The notes beneath the pieces were generated by a model. That model ran no database searches. It saw only the letters and a program-made list of their open reading frames with translations, and was not told the origin of the DNA. This document shows positions 25,280 through 36,429 of a stretch of DNA of 64,000 nt, one piece after another. A program made the position numbers and the translations under genes. How positions within the stretch are numbered: position 1 is the stretch's first letter; each line of letters opens with the position of its first letter. The stretch is taken from NCBI GenBank assembly GCA_965603825.1, contig CBFDEM010000064.1:336355-400354 (forward strand), in the 5' to 3' direction. This DNA comes from Blepharisma stoltei ATCC 30299 (lineage: Eukaryota; Protista; Ciliophora).

Positions 25280-25545
25280 AAGCGAATTATACTTAATAAT
25301 GATTTATTTAAAAATAAGTTTAGTCTAGAAAGATAAGCAATTTGTATAAGATGTACTAAAACATATTGTCTTAAAAAGGATAATTAGCGAGATAGCCGAG
25401 CTGTCTTTATTTAATTATTTATGCGTGTTCATTTAATTTATATCGTTATTTAACTTAAACAAGAAAGCTCATTTATAGCAATACCCTCATAATTTGATTT
25501 AAAAATTTGTTTTGTTATTTAATTTCAGGCTCAGTTAAACTGATT

Positions 25546-25932
25546 TTATAGCGCACACTCCTTTGGCAAGGCATCTCTAAAGTACATTTGCTGACTCACA
25601 CTATTTTCATATAGATACCAAAAAGATTTGTAAAAGCTTTCAGCAAAGTTCAAGTCGATCTGGCAAGGCTGATAAGCTTGATATGGGTTTTCAAGTTCAT
25701 ACTGAGTCTCAGCGTCTCTCCTATATAATTTTTACACTGCCTTCCTGCATCCTTTAAAAATCTTCTCTGCAGGCTGTTTCTTCATTTTCTGATGATGTGA
25801 CCTACACTGCTGTATAGTCCTAGTCTCTACTAGCTTGGCAATCTTTTTCCAGTCCAGGCTTCTTTTTAGCCCTTCTCTATACTTCTCATGCTCGGATTCG
25901 CTCCATCTACCGTGGTTTATAATTTTAGTCAT
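25546..25932 (-). CDS. Single-repeat SANT/Myb protein (SHAQKY-like), 123 aa, one 15-nt intron
   Basis: GRWSESEHEKY..WKKIAKLVETRTIQQCRSHHQK. Intron GTAAAAATTATATAG (25721-25735) removes a TAA; exon 2 reads VRDAETQYE... to TAA at 25546. Confidence 0.85.
25721..25735 (-). other. 15-nt intron GTAAAAATTATATAG
   Basis: GT..AG; contains the in-frame stop. Confidence 0.85.
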
Positions 25933-25970
25933 TTTTATTATATCTACTTAAGATATAGGATTTTAGTAAA

Positions 25971-26963
25971 ATGGAAGCAGAAAGAAGGATTGAGCACGAA
26001 AGGACAATCATGGACCCAAATGTAGAAATCCTCACAGTTAGATGAAATCCTGATGACTCTCATATCGCCTCCGCCTGCAGTGACGGCACTGTCAAAATTT
26101 ACTCATCAGTAAGTGGAAGCTTTATAAGGACTTTGAACTGTAGAGTCGGGACTGGGCCAGTCCCTATTACAGGGATCCGCTGGAGACCTTCTGCTTCCTT
26201 TGGAAAAACCAAAAACATCTTAATCGCCCTGACTGTAGAAGGAACTATCATGCATTGGCATGCGACATCTGGAAAAACGCTTAACACTATCAAGCTAGAC
26301 TGCCAAACCTTAAGCTTAGACTACGACTATGAAGGAAAACGCTTCGCTGTCGGCTGCTCTGATATGAACATAAGGATTTACGACGAGTCTACTAAAGAAG
26401 TCATCTCTAATTTAGTCCCAGGAATGGGTGAACTGCTTGGCCATGTAAACCGCATTCATTCGGTAAAGTTTCTCAGCGACAATATGATAGTCAGTGGAGG
26501 GTGGGATAATAACATTTTACTATGGGATATCCGAAGTGGAGCTGTAGCAAGAGGAATGTATGGCCCTCAGATAGCTGGAGATTCAATAGACTCGACCTCA
26601 AACTTGATTTTGACTGGCGGGTATCAGATTTCTGATCAATTGCAGCTTTGGAGAGTTGATGATGCGTCTTTGGCGTATTCAGAGACTTTGAGGTCAAGTG
26701 AAAGAGCTTGTATGGTTTATTCGGCGCAGTTTAGTAAGCATGACTGTGGAGCTATTTTTGCACTTGGCGGGGCTGGGTGTGATGAAGCTTATTTCTATGA
26801 GACAGCGTCTAGAAGACGGTTCGCTGTTTTAAATAACTTGGTAAAGCCTATTTATTCTATTGATTTTGCAAATTATTCCAACAGGGTTGCAGTTGGAAGT
26901 GGAGATGGAAGCTTGAGGATGCTCAGTGTTTTAGAGCCAACAGTAGTTGATCAAGAAATATAA
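25971..26963 (+). CDS. WD40-repeat protein, 330 aa
   Basis: ATG 25971; LTVR-W(TGA 26043)-NPDDSHIASACSDGTVKIY; GHVNRIHSVKF..IVSGGWDNNILLWD. Confidence 0.9.
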
Positions 26964-27016
26964 ACAAAGAATAAATTAGTTATATTGACTTATCTAATAT
27001 TTGCATATATAATTTA

Positions 27017-27361
27017 TTATTTTCTTGTTAATTTTTGTATGATTTCTTGAGAAATTTTACTTGGTTTCTTCTTTTTAAGCCTTTCTAAGTTTTGTTCATA
27101 TAGCGCTTTCGGGTCTACTGAGATGTCACTTTCTTCAATTCTCTCCAATTTACTTTTAAACTGCTTTGGCATTTTCTCGACTTTTTTGTGCTTTCTCTTT
27201 TTAATTTGTTTTTCAGGCCTCAAAATCTGCTTGTCTTTTTCCTTTTGTAAGAGCTCAGCATAGATCTCTTCAAATGTCCTTTTCCTTTTAACAGGAATTT
27301 CACCAGCACTTGGCTCGTCTTCTTCCTTTGCCAGATATTTTCTTAAAAGTGTGATGGACAT
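27017..27361 (-). CDS. Small basic hypothetical protein, 114 aa
   Basis: ATG-TAA ORF, Lys-rich with NLS-like tracts, tightly packed between neighbours. Confidence 0.65.
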   Translation of the reverse strand: MSITLLRKYLAKEEDEPSAGEIPVKRKRTFEEIYAELLQKEKDKQILRPEKQIKKRKHKKVEKMPKQFKSKLERIEESDISVDPKALYEQNLERLKKKKPSKISQEIIQKLTRK

Positions 27362-27383
27362 TTCTTTATATTATGTTTATTAC

Positions 27384-27641
27384 TTAATAGGAATGCTTGG
27401 CTTTTTGTCGCAGAGAATTTTTCTTTTGCTTTTTTAAGTACTTGTTTTCGATCATATTATCTCTGTCTTTTCCTTTTCTGAGCATCCTTGACTTCTTGCC
27501 TACGATTGCTTTGGATTTGATTGGGATTTCAGATTTATCAATGCCGCTTCTGGTGATGGTTTTGGCTTCTTTTACCTTTTCTTGGATTGATACAGGCTCT
27601 GCGTCGCTGTCTTCGTCGAGTATCTTGAAGATGTTGTCCAT
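27384..27641 (-). CDS. Small basic hypothetical protein, 85 aa
   Basis: ATG-TAA ORF; degraded duplicates at 30374 and ~42900. Confidence 0.65.
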   Translation of the reverse strand: MDNIFKILDEDSDAEPVSIQEKVKEAKTITRSGIDKSEIPIKSKAIVGKKSRMLRKGKDRDNMIENKYLKKQKKNSLRQKAKHSY

Positions 27642-27958
27642 ATTATATATGGACTTCTTTGACTAATAATTTCGAGACCAATTTAATTAATATTAGCCAC
27701 TTTTGATTTAGATATTTTCTATTCTATTTACAAGATAAATAAAATATATCTGTTATAATCAAAGAATATATATTTACTTAGAAAATTATCCAGAACCGCA
27801 TTGAAGTTACTGATTTATATGATTATCTCTCTTTTACAAAAATAAAACATATAAGAATATTGAGGATTATTGATCTGCTCATTTAAAAGTTGACTTTTAA
27901 AATTTATATAAAATAGAATAATTCTAAAAATTTCAAAAATATTAAAAAATTATCCTAA

Positions 27959-28533
27959 TTACTATTGCTTATCTTCATGACCGGGTTTATAAGCTTCCCA
28001 ATTCAAATACACAAGCGGGAAAGTAAAGCTCAAACTAAACAAAACAACTTAGCAGCTACATAATAAGTTTCCCAATTTTAGCAAAAATAAAATCACCTAG
28101 ATATAATTTACATAAAAATAAATCAATATTGCTCACGTCAAAATCGCTAAATGTGTCGCCAATCTATGATAAAACCAAAAGAAAATAAAATACCTGAATA
28201 TCCCTTGTATAAAAGGAATGACTTTGATCTTAATTGATAACTTCTTGTAAATCTTCCACGAATAATAAGAGCCAGCGAGGCTATTACCCAATCAAGTAAT
28301 GCTGAATCCAAAGTAATGCATACTCCCTAGGAGTGTAAGATTTCAGCCGCAGGCCAAAAAATTGCAATTGCTTTGACTATTAATTACGGCACCCAAGAAA
28401 GGGAGATAATTTTGGAAAATGACCTTTTAGATTTTAGGGAAGATATGACGAAATGAAGATAGCTTTGGGATAAGTTGACAAGTAGGCGATGACTAATTAT
28501 AAAAATCAGTCTCCCTGCAATAGACTTTGTATT
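27959..28533 (-). pseudogene. TMEM164 pseudogene fragment A (3' two-thirds), fused in frame to the 5' half of surface-protein copy 1
   Basis: Aligns by eye with 50338-50940; many substitutions; lacks 12 nt (ttggagatccac) present in the intact gene. Confidence 0.85.
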
Positions 28534-28953
28534 AGTGGTTGTCGCGTCTGAAAAGTAAGAAACTTTTAAGGTGCCATCCTTAGTTGATGAGACAATATAA
28601 TGTGCGCCAGTGTCAGATCCGAATTGAAAAATTTTGTCACTAATAGTTTTTTCAAAGCTTACCCAAAATCCAAATGCGTATTCTGAAGGAGTGATTAAAC
28701 TGGATGTGTCTGTTGTTAAGCTCCAGGTTTGAGCACCGTCCAGGCTTGCTGAATAGCAGCTAACATATGGATCTAGACTACTACCATCATCTGCAGTTAT
28801 ATAAGGAGAATTGCTATCTACAGTAGCAATGCCAGTAGGTAGAGTATCTTCTGTTGCTTTCAAAAGATACCAAGATGCTGATTGAGTAAATCCCTTGTCA
28901 AATAAAAAGAGAGCGAGGACGACGAGGATATTTAGCGGCTTTGAATAAACCAT
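28534..28953 (-). CDS. 5' half (140 codons) of MVYSK-family surface protein copy 1, inverted relative to its 3' half
   Basis: MVYSKPL signal peptide ... EYAFGFWVSFEK ... SYFSDATTT; homologous to the first third of copy 2 (39774 downward). Confidence 0.8.
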
Positions 28954-29241
28954 TTTTTTTATAAGCAGTTTTATCTAACTTTTAGAAATACTTGTTAAGA
29001 ATTTTAATAGTAAATTTTATTAAGAAATGCTTTGATTTTTTTTCAAGTTAATGAATTGGAAAGCTAGGAAAGAAATTATAAATTACTATAATGCAGCTCC
29101 AGTCTTGCTTTAAAATTAAATAAAATATCTGTAATATTACTTAGCTTTGAAAACGCCACAAATGCCTATATTTAAAACTAATTTTTTGCTTAAAGATAGT
29201 GACAAGGATTTGGATATTCAATTTCTTGTCCCTTTTGAACG

Positions 29242-30235
29242 AATCCAGCTAATGACATTTCCTTCACTGTCCCTTTAAGTAATTTCTATACAGACAAGTT
29301 TTTCCTTATTGTGTTTCACTTTAAAGATAGCTCAGGCACCGTTACTTTAGAGGTTATATTGCCTGGCAAACCCCGAATTCCCAAAACTTCAGGAAGCTCA
29401 ACTCCTGCTTTTGCGATGCCTGGTGGGGTATTTTATTTTGGAAAGTCAGTTAAGGGAAAGTTCGTTAGCATTCTTCTTGCAAAGAGCGCTACCATAGATG
29501 ATACCTTTAATACAATAACATTAGATGATGGCTCAAATCCTTATGATATAGCAGTGCCTTGCACTTCTGATGTAACTTGCATTGATAGTGTATGTCTTAA
29601 TATGGGCTCAGAAAATGTATGCTTATCATCAATGCAGTATTGCGCTGTTTGTACAGCCACCGAGTGCACTACTTGTGAACCTGATTCAGCTAGAGATGAG
29701 GATACTTTTTGCACAACTTGTAAGACTACTAATGAAATTAAAAATGGGCACTGTAATTTCTACATAGGTTGCGCCATAGCCAACAATTGTGCTGAATGCT
29801 CAGCAAAAAGCACTCAATGCGATGTATGTGAGGCTGAATACTTCCTTTATGACGATAGTGCTACTTCAACATCTTGTCTTTGTAAGATTTTATTTAGCTT
29901 GTACTGACTCCTGCACTAGTTGTGAGCCAGGTCCTGATTGCTATACTTGTGCTACAACAATAACTCAAACAGGAACTACTTGCCGAGTCGATTCTATTGG
30001 ATACCAGGTGAGCGCTGATCTTCCGAATATCGTATTTGACTTTGCTCATCCTCTTTCAACTGGACTGTCGAAAAGTTCATTTAAAGCTACTTCAAACTCA
30101 GGTGCAGATATCCCAACAACTGGATGGACTATAACTGGCTGCACAGCAAGCTTGAAACAATGCAAAGTTAATGCTCCTAATGTTCAAGAAAGCGATTTCC
30201 CAATAACACTTGACGTTGAGTTTATTCAAGCCTAG
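29242..30235 (+). CDS. 3' half of MVYSK-family surface protein copy 1, on the opposite strand (introns 29753-29767 and 29882-29897)
   Basis: Begins NPANDISFTVPLSNFYTDK, exactly where the 5' half stops in the intact paralog (TTTD-PANDISFTVPL). Open to TAG 30235 after removing the 15- and 16-nt introns. Confidence 0.8.
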
Positions 30236-30357
30236 TCTCTTTTAGGGTAACTAACCTTTTCTCAAAAACCATTAAACCTTCTATTAATTTATGTCAAGGA
30301 TTATAATATAAGCATTCAATGTATACAAAATTCTTGGAAAAGCAAAATAATAACCTA

Positions 30358-30515
30358 AGAAGTCCATATATAATATGGACAATATCTTCAAGATCCTCGA
30401 CGAAGACAGCGATGCAGAACCTGTGTCAATCCAAGAAAAGGCAAAAGACGCCAAAAGAATCACCAGAAGCGGCATTGATAAATCTAAATCCCAATTAAAT
30501 CAAAAGCAATAGTAT
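30358..30515 (+). pseudogene. Truncated, frameshifted inverted duplicate of the 85-aa gene
   Basis: MDNIFKILDEDSDAEPVSIQEKAKDAKRITRSGIDKSK from 30374, then the frame is lost. Confidence 0.85.
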
Positions 30516-30539
30516 TAAAGATATTTTTTGGTGGGGATT

Positions 30540-31740
30540 TTGCGAAAGACTATGTAAAAATATTATTTAATTCACCAATAATAAATTCTTAATTTTATAA
30601 CACTTCAGTCTAAGACACCAAAAATTTCCCAGCACTATCTTAATTAAAGCAAAAATTATTATAATTTAAGAACATCTACTTTACTAGTTAGATTAAAAAA
30701 TAGTTCAGCTTTGAATAGAAGAAATACCGTAAATTTAATAGTCAAACGTAATTGGCTTTAAATTCATCTAAAATAATCTGGCTAATTATTGAATTTTTAT
30801 TACGAGCTCTACCATTTAAAATATAACTATATGTAAATGGTGCAAGAAGCGTTTTAATAGTTTAATTAAGGATAATTATTTAGATTCAAATATATTATGA
30901 CATTGGTTTATAATCTCACACATTAGGTGATTTTTGCACAAGCAAAATATATTTCTTTTGCCAATCTTTCTGACAGAGCTGCCTTCAAAAATTTTAGGCT
31001 TAATCTAATAGAAAATTAAAAATTGAGCCTTATACCAAATAGGCTAGATTTAATTTTGATATCGATTTATTTTCTTTAGTCTAAGAATTAAGCTTATAAA
31101 TAAATTAAAACGGTGCAGGAATCGTTCCGACCTCTTAACTGCTCAGCTAATGATGGAAAGTGGCTGAGAACCTTGACAAAAGAAGCGCAGCGTTAACACG
31201 CATATCCAATAACGTCGTACAGACGTAGTAAGGCAGAAATCATGATAAGATCAGCGAGGAATCAATTGTTGGAGTTATTTTTTTTTCATGGGTGGTGGAG
31301 CATAAAGTTTAAAAAGGATTCTCATAGCAGTAACTTAGGATGTTCTAGATCATTCAGGAAACTTACTCATCGTGATACATTGCATATTTGTTTTGAGTTT
31401 TTTTGTTAGTTAGCAGCTTATTCAAAAATTCATGCTTTTTGATTCTCTGCAGAAGGCGACCTTGCTGATGTGAAGTGATAGGGCGTAAACTAGCTGAATT
31501 CTGGAAGCGAGTGCTGTCCTTCTTCAGGAAGAGGTATTACAGTGCAAGGCTTGTGCGGACTGACTTAATAGTTGCAGGTCTTTATGAATAGGAATAAGAA
31601 CCTTTGGACCAGTGTGCTTTTAAATAATTTAAATTTAGCTAATTGAAGAAAAATAATTAAACTCTTAGCCTTTTTCAAGCGAGCTTAAACACCTCTTTTA
31701 TGTTCGAAAATCGCATTAGAATTTTGGCATCAAGAGTATT
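30540..31740. repeat. Copy of the surface-gene upstream block (related to 36830-37920 and 40230-40955)
   Basis: Shared motifs include ataaattcttaattttataa, cagctttgaatagaaga, tacagtgcaaggc and aagcgag.ttaa.cacctc. Confidence 0.8.
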
Positions 31741-32079
31741 TGGGTGAAATTATTAGTCCAAAGAAATAATAATTTCAAGACCAATTTAATTAAAATTACA
31801 ATTAAAAATCCGATAAGGATTATATTTTCTATACTATTTACAAATAAGTAAAATATATCTTTTATAGTGTTAGAATATATATTTAGGAAATTATGCAGAG
31901 CCTTATAGAAAATTTTGATATATATGATTATCTCTCTTTTTTCAAAAAAAGCATAAGATATTGAGGGTTATTGATCTGCTCATTTGAAAGTTATATCGTC
32001 AAATTAATTGACTTTTAAAGTTTAATATAATTTTAAAAATTCAATAAAATTTTAATAAATTGTAAATTTTTAATCCTAA

Positions 32080-32738
32080 TTACTCTTTCTCATCTTCAGG
32101 ATGGGACTTATAAGCTTCTCAATATTCAAATACACGAGCGGAAAAATAAAGCACAAACTAAACAAAACAACTCCGAAGCTGCATAATAAAGTTTCCCGAT
32201 TGTAGAAAAAATAAAATCACTAGATATAATTTACATAAAGAAAAATCAATATTTGCTTACGTCAAAATCGCTAAAAGGTGTCACCAATCTTTGATAAAAC
32301 CAAAAGAAATGAAATCCCTGAGTACCCCTTGCATAAAGTAATGCTCTCAATTTAAGTGATAACTTCTTGCAAATCTGCCACAAATAATAAGATCCAGCGA
32401 AGTTATACCCAAGCCAAATAATGTTGAATCAAGAGCAATGCATATTCCCCAGGAATGAAAAATTTCCAGCAGCAGGAAAAAAATTTGCAATTTTTCCAAC
32501 TATTAATTACGGCGCCTAAGAAAGGGAGACAATTTTGGTAAAATAGCCTTTCAGATTTTAGAGAATAGGCGATGAAAAGAAGGTAGCATTGGGCTTAGGT
32601 GGCAAGTGAGCAAGGACTAATTATAAAAATCAGCCTCTTTGTAATAGACTTTGTAATAAGTTGGCAGAGGATTATCAGTATGTGGCAAAAACCGAGGATT
32701 TTTTCGACCAAATATGGACTTTGAAGGTTTCTAGGGAT
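32080..32738 (-). pseudogene. TMEM164 pseudogene fragment B (with downstream spacer copy 31750-32080)
   Basis: Aligns with 50338-51020; indels; carries the same 12-nt deletion as fragment A. Confidence 0.85.
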
Positions 32739-32796
32739 TCCTGCTAAAAATGATATCTTTTACAGCATGGCAGTGATGGCTCTGCCACAATTTACT

Positions 32797-33563
32797 CATG
32801 ACTTTGAAATTTAGAGTCGGGACTGGGCCAATCCTTATTGCCAAGGATCCGCTGTGATCTTCTGCTTCCTTTGGAAAAACCAAAAAGATCTTAATCGCCC
32901 TGACTGTAGAAGGAACTATCATGAATTGGCATGGGACATCTGGAAAAATGCTCAATACAATTAAGTTAGACTGCCAGACTTTAAGCCTAAACTACGAATA
33001 TGAAGGAAACGCTTCGCTGCTATAGCGAGTCTACTAACGACGCAATCTTTAATTGGTTCCAGGAATAGGCAAACAGCTTGCCTATGTGAGCCACATTCAT
33101 TTGGAGAAGTTTCTCAGTGGCATTATGATAGTCAGTGGAGGATGGGATAGTAGCATTTACTATGGGATATCCTAAGTGGAGCTGTAGCAAGAAGGAATGT
33201 ATTGCCTCAGATAGCTGGAGACCAAATAGACTCAACCTTAAACTTGATATTGATATGCGAGGGTCAGATTTCTGATCAATTTGCAGCTTTTGAGGGCTCA
33301 CGATGCGTCATTGATATATTCAGAGACTATGAGGTCAAGTGAGAAAGCTTGCATGGTTTATTCGACGCATTTCAGTAATCATGACTGTGTAGATATTTTT
33401 GCATTTGGTGGGGGGGTGTGATGAAACTTATTTCTATGAGGCAGGATCCAGAAGATGGTTGGCTTATTGATTAACTTTGTAAGGCCTATTTATTCTATTG
33501 ATTTTGCAAATTATTCCAACAGGGCTGCAGTTGGAAGTGGAGATGGAAGCTTAAGAATGCTAA
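32797..33563 (+). pseudogene. WD40 pseudogene (degraded duplicate of 26125-26925)
   Basis: Collinear with the WD40 gene (agagtcgggactgggcca...ggagatggaagctt), with deletions and frameshifts. Confidence 0.9.
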
Positions 33564-33599
33564 GTGAAATAAGGTAAAGATGAACAGGTAGATTTCTAT

Positions 33600-36100
33600 A
33601 ATCCTATTAGATTAGCTTAAAAAACTATATGTTTTGATAGTTCCTATTTCCTTCACGCCATATGCTCTACAGTTAGTGCGAAGCAATCCTTTAAGCAGCT
33701 TGAGCTATGGATCAGTAAATCTAGAAGAATTGTCTCTCAAATCCGAATTATAAAGGAATTTTCATTTTCAATCCAAGCGTCAAGATTATTCAATACTACT
33801 TATTATATAGGAAGTTACCTTTAATATTCCGATTCTTTAGGCAACAATAATTTGCAATTGGAAACTAAATGCTGATTTGCTTTACCAAGGAGTTTTTATT
33901 GCCCAAAGAATCGAACTATTTTTTTAACTTGGTGTATGCAAGCATAGGAGCCATATGCAGGCATGCACATGGGCTGCTCTGTTTGCGCAGCTTTGGATAT
34001 TATAAATTCTCAATTGCAGGATGGTAATTCAACAAAAGGAGTAGGAGCTATATATTCAAGTCGGAGTACCATTTACCTTCAATCTTCGTTCTTTAGTTAA
34101 CTCATTTTCCCTCTGGAGCTTCATCAATGCAGCATATGACAGCAATTTAGAAATTAATGACTGTCAGTTTCTAAACATCTTTTTTTTAGATAGGATCATC
34201 TATGCATATCAAGCCTCAATCTTAATAGAATTCTCATTTTAATAGATTTACAGATTCTGGTAGATATACCAGCCAGCTAGCAAGCCTATAAATAAGAGAC
34301 TCCCATTTCAATGAGGAAATGGGGCTCTGGCAGGGGTCTATTTACTGTTTAAATTTTGAGTCAACTTACCTTGAAGATTGATCCTTTACAGAAAATTATG
34401 TGGGGCCTTTAGGTGAGGCATTATACACAACAACAAATAATAATAGAAATGCGAATGAAGCAACTGCCTATTTTTACTTAATACTGGAGGAGCAGGAGTG
34501 GCTATCTATGCAAATGATATCACTTTTGCGATTACTTCATCTCAATTTGCTGGTAATAAAGCTGACGTTTTATGCTCGGAAGCAAAAAAACTATGGGGGC
34601 CTGGAGGAGTTTATATGAGCTGTTCAAATGCGAATACAGCTTGGACTCAAACTTAGGCTGCATGCTTGACTGGTTCTGCTGTAGCTATGTGTCATAGGAG
34701 CTATAGAATATCTCAAAAGCCAGGGTATTGAAGAGATAGCCCATACACAGATCAGCTCTGGGTATGTCCTAACCCTTATGCTTATCTTGGATCCTTTGAT
34801 GCAAATAATGTCTCCTATACTGTGATTTCAGCAAAACTGCAAACGCAACAAATACCAAGAAAATTACTCTAGATCATTAAGCAGTAAGCGTATAAAATAC
34901 GCGTGCTTAGCATTCAAAATCGTTATAATAATTTCAATTTTTTGCTTGCTCATCATTTAAGCTTTCTCACTAGAGATCCATAATCAATTCAGCCTTAAAA
35001 CCGGCAGCTCTAGTGTCAGTATACCTGAAAATCTTTTTGAATTGCATACAATTGGTAAATATTGCTTCCACTTTTGACTTAAGCTGGCCCTCAGAACTGA
35101 AGGAAATATTTTACATCCAAAATGGAGTAGACTATGTTTATCAACAAGTCTATTCTTTTGAGTGTTGCTTGAAAGAAGATACTGAAAGCGATGCCTGCTT
35201 CAAAGCGTTGATAATTATCGCAGCATTTCCAGCAATTGCTTTTTCATAGACTTTATTATATGAATGTTTATTAAAGCCATTCAGAAATCACATAAAAACT
35301 TTTGAGATGATTTTATATCAACCTGTATCATTATTTTGTTCCTTATACACCCAGCATTCATAAAAAACTGCTTGGCTTCTTAACTGCACAGAAATTAACC
35401 TGGAGAATTTTAACTCAAGGAAGATCTTTACATAAGATGCTGAGAGGTAAGAAACGTCTTTTATAGTTTAGCTGCTACCTTTCCTACTTTAATAGTATTA
35501 GTATTTTTTTTCCTTGTAAAATGTCTATAAGCATTATAAGGCAGAGAAAAATGGTGGAAAATATCAATGTCAAGCTAAGATACGGATTTCTTTTAGTAGA
35601 TTTAAGTCAAAACAATATTTTCGGGAATTTGTTATTTTATATAACAAGCTCTCTTAGTTTGATGCTCAGTTTTTCTGACGGTTTTAAATATAAATATCCG
35701 TGCACTAATTGCTGCAGCCTTATTGCTATTATTTTGGGATCTCTAATTTGAAAGCAAGCCCTTATATTGAAGATAACTAAATAATATAGAGCTAGCCGAA
35801 AAAAGCAGTTTGCATGGTCACAATCCGCAGTGGATTATTTTATTTAACCAGCTCTGGGATATAGCGAAAATCATTTTATTAATTTTTATATTTATCGCAA
35901 ATATATATTTTGTGACTTATTGATTCTTCAATTTATTTAGCTTTAGCCTGCTAAATCGATTTAAAAACATAAAGAAGTTATTTAAAGGCGCTAAGGTCAT
36001 GCCTACTTCAAATCCTGAAGTTATTAGCCAGCCAGATGCTTTTAAAAATGGCAGAAGAAATAATTTTTTTTCATCTCTTTAATTGAAAGCTTGAGCTTAA
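33600..36100 (+). pseudogene. Decayed ciliate-type large membrane protein (repeat ectodomain, Cys-rich region, multi-TM C-terminus)
   Basis: Remnant motifs in order: KPGY-W-RDSPYTDQLWVCPNPYA (~34720), SVYLKIFLNCIQLVNIASTFDLSWP...YSFECCL (35013), KLRYGFL (35570); many stops and frameshifts. Confidence 0.65.
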
Positions 36101-36429
36101 GACCTATATGTGCATTTTGCAAGAGAGTTTGAAATCTTACCAGAAAATTTTGATCAATAAAGACCCTTTAAAAGTGCTTTGACTCTCGACCAAAGCCATG
36201 GAGAACTTGTTGATTTCTCAAATGCTGAATGCTTTTATGTTAACCCCAGGAGCTCAGGAGTGATTTACATTGACAACAATTGCTCTCAGCTATCATTAAT
36301 TAGCTGCAGCTTTATTGAAAGCATCACCGGCTTAGTTGGGCGTTATATTTTTTAGGCTAGTATTGTCAATTGAGTCTATTGCTTTTGATTCAAATATTTT
36401 CCTTTTCTTTTAGGAGGAGCTAAGGAAAT

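Noticed and set aside
12003-27666. Antisense ORFs over Myb, DRC2, carboxypeptidase, coiled-coil, WD40 and small genes
   Set aside because: F/S/L-rich mirror translations of K/E-rich sense genes with recognisable products
30225-30255. Possible extra intron at the surface-gene stop extending the protein to a membrane anchor
   Set aside because: The GT donor is present only in copies 2 and 3, spacing differs among copies, and downstream frames close quickly
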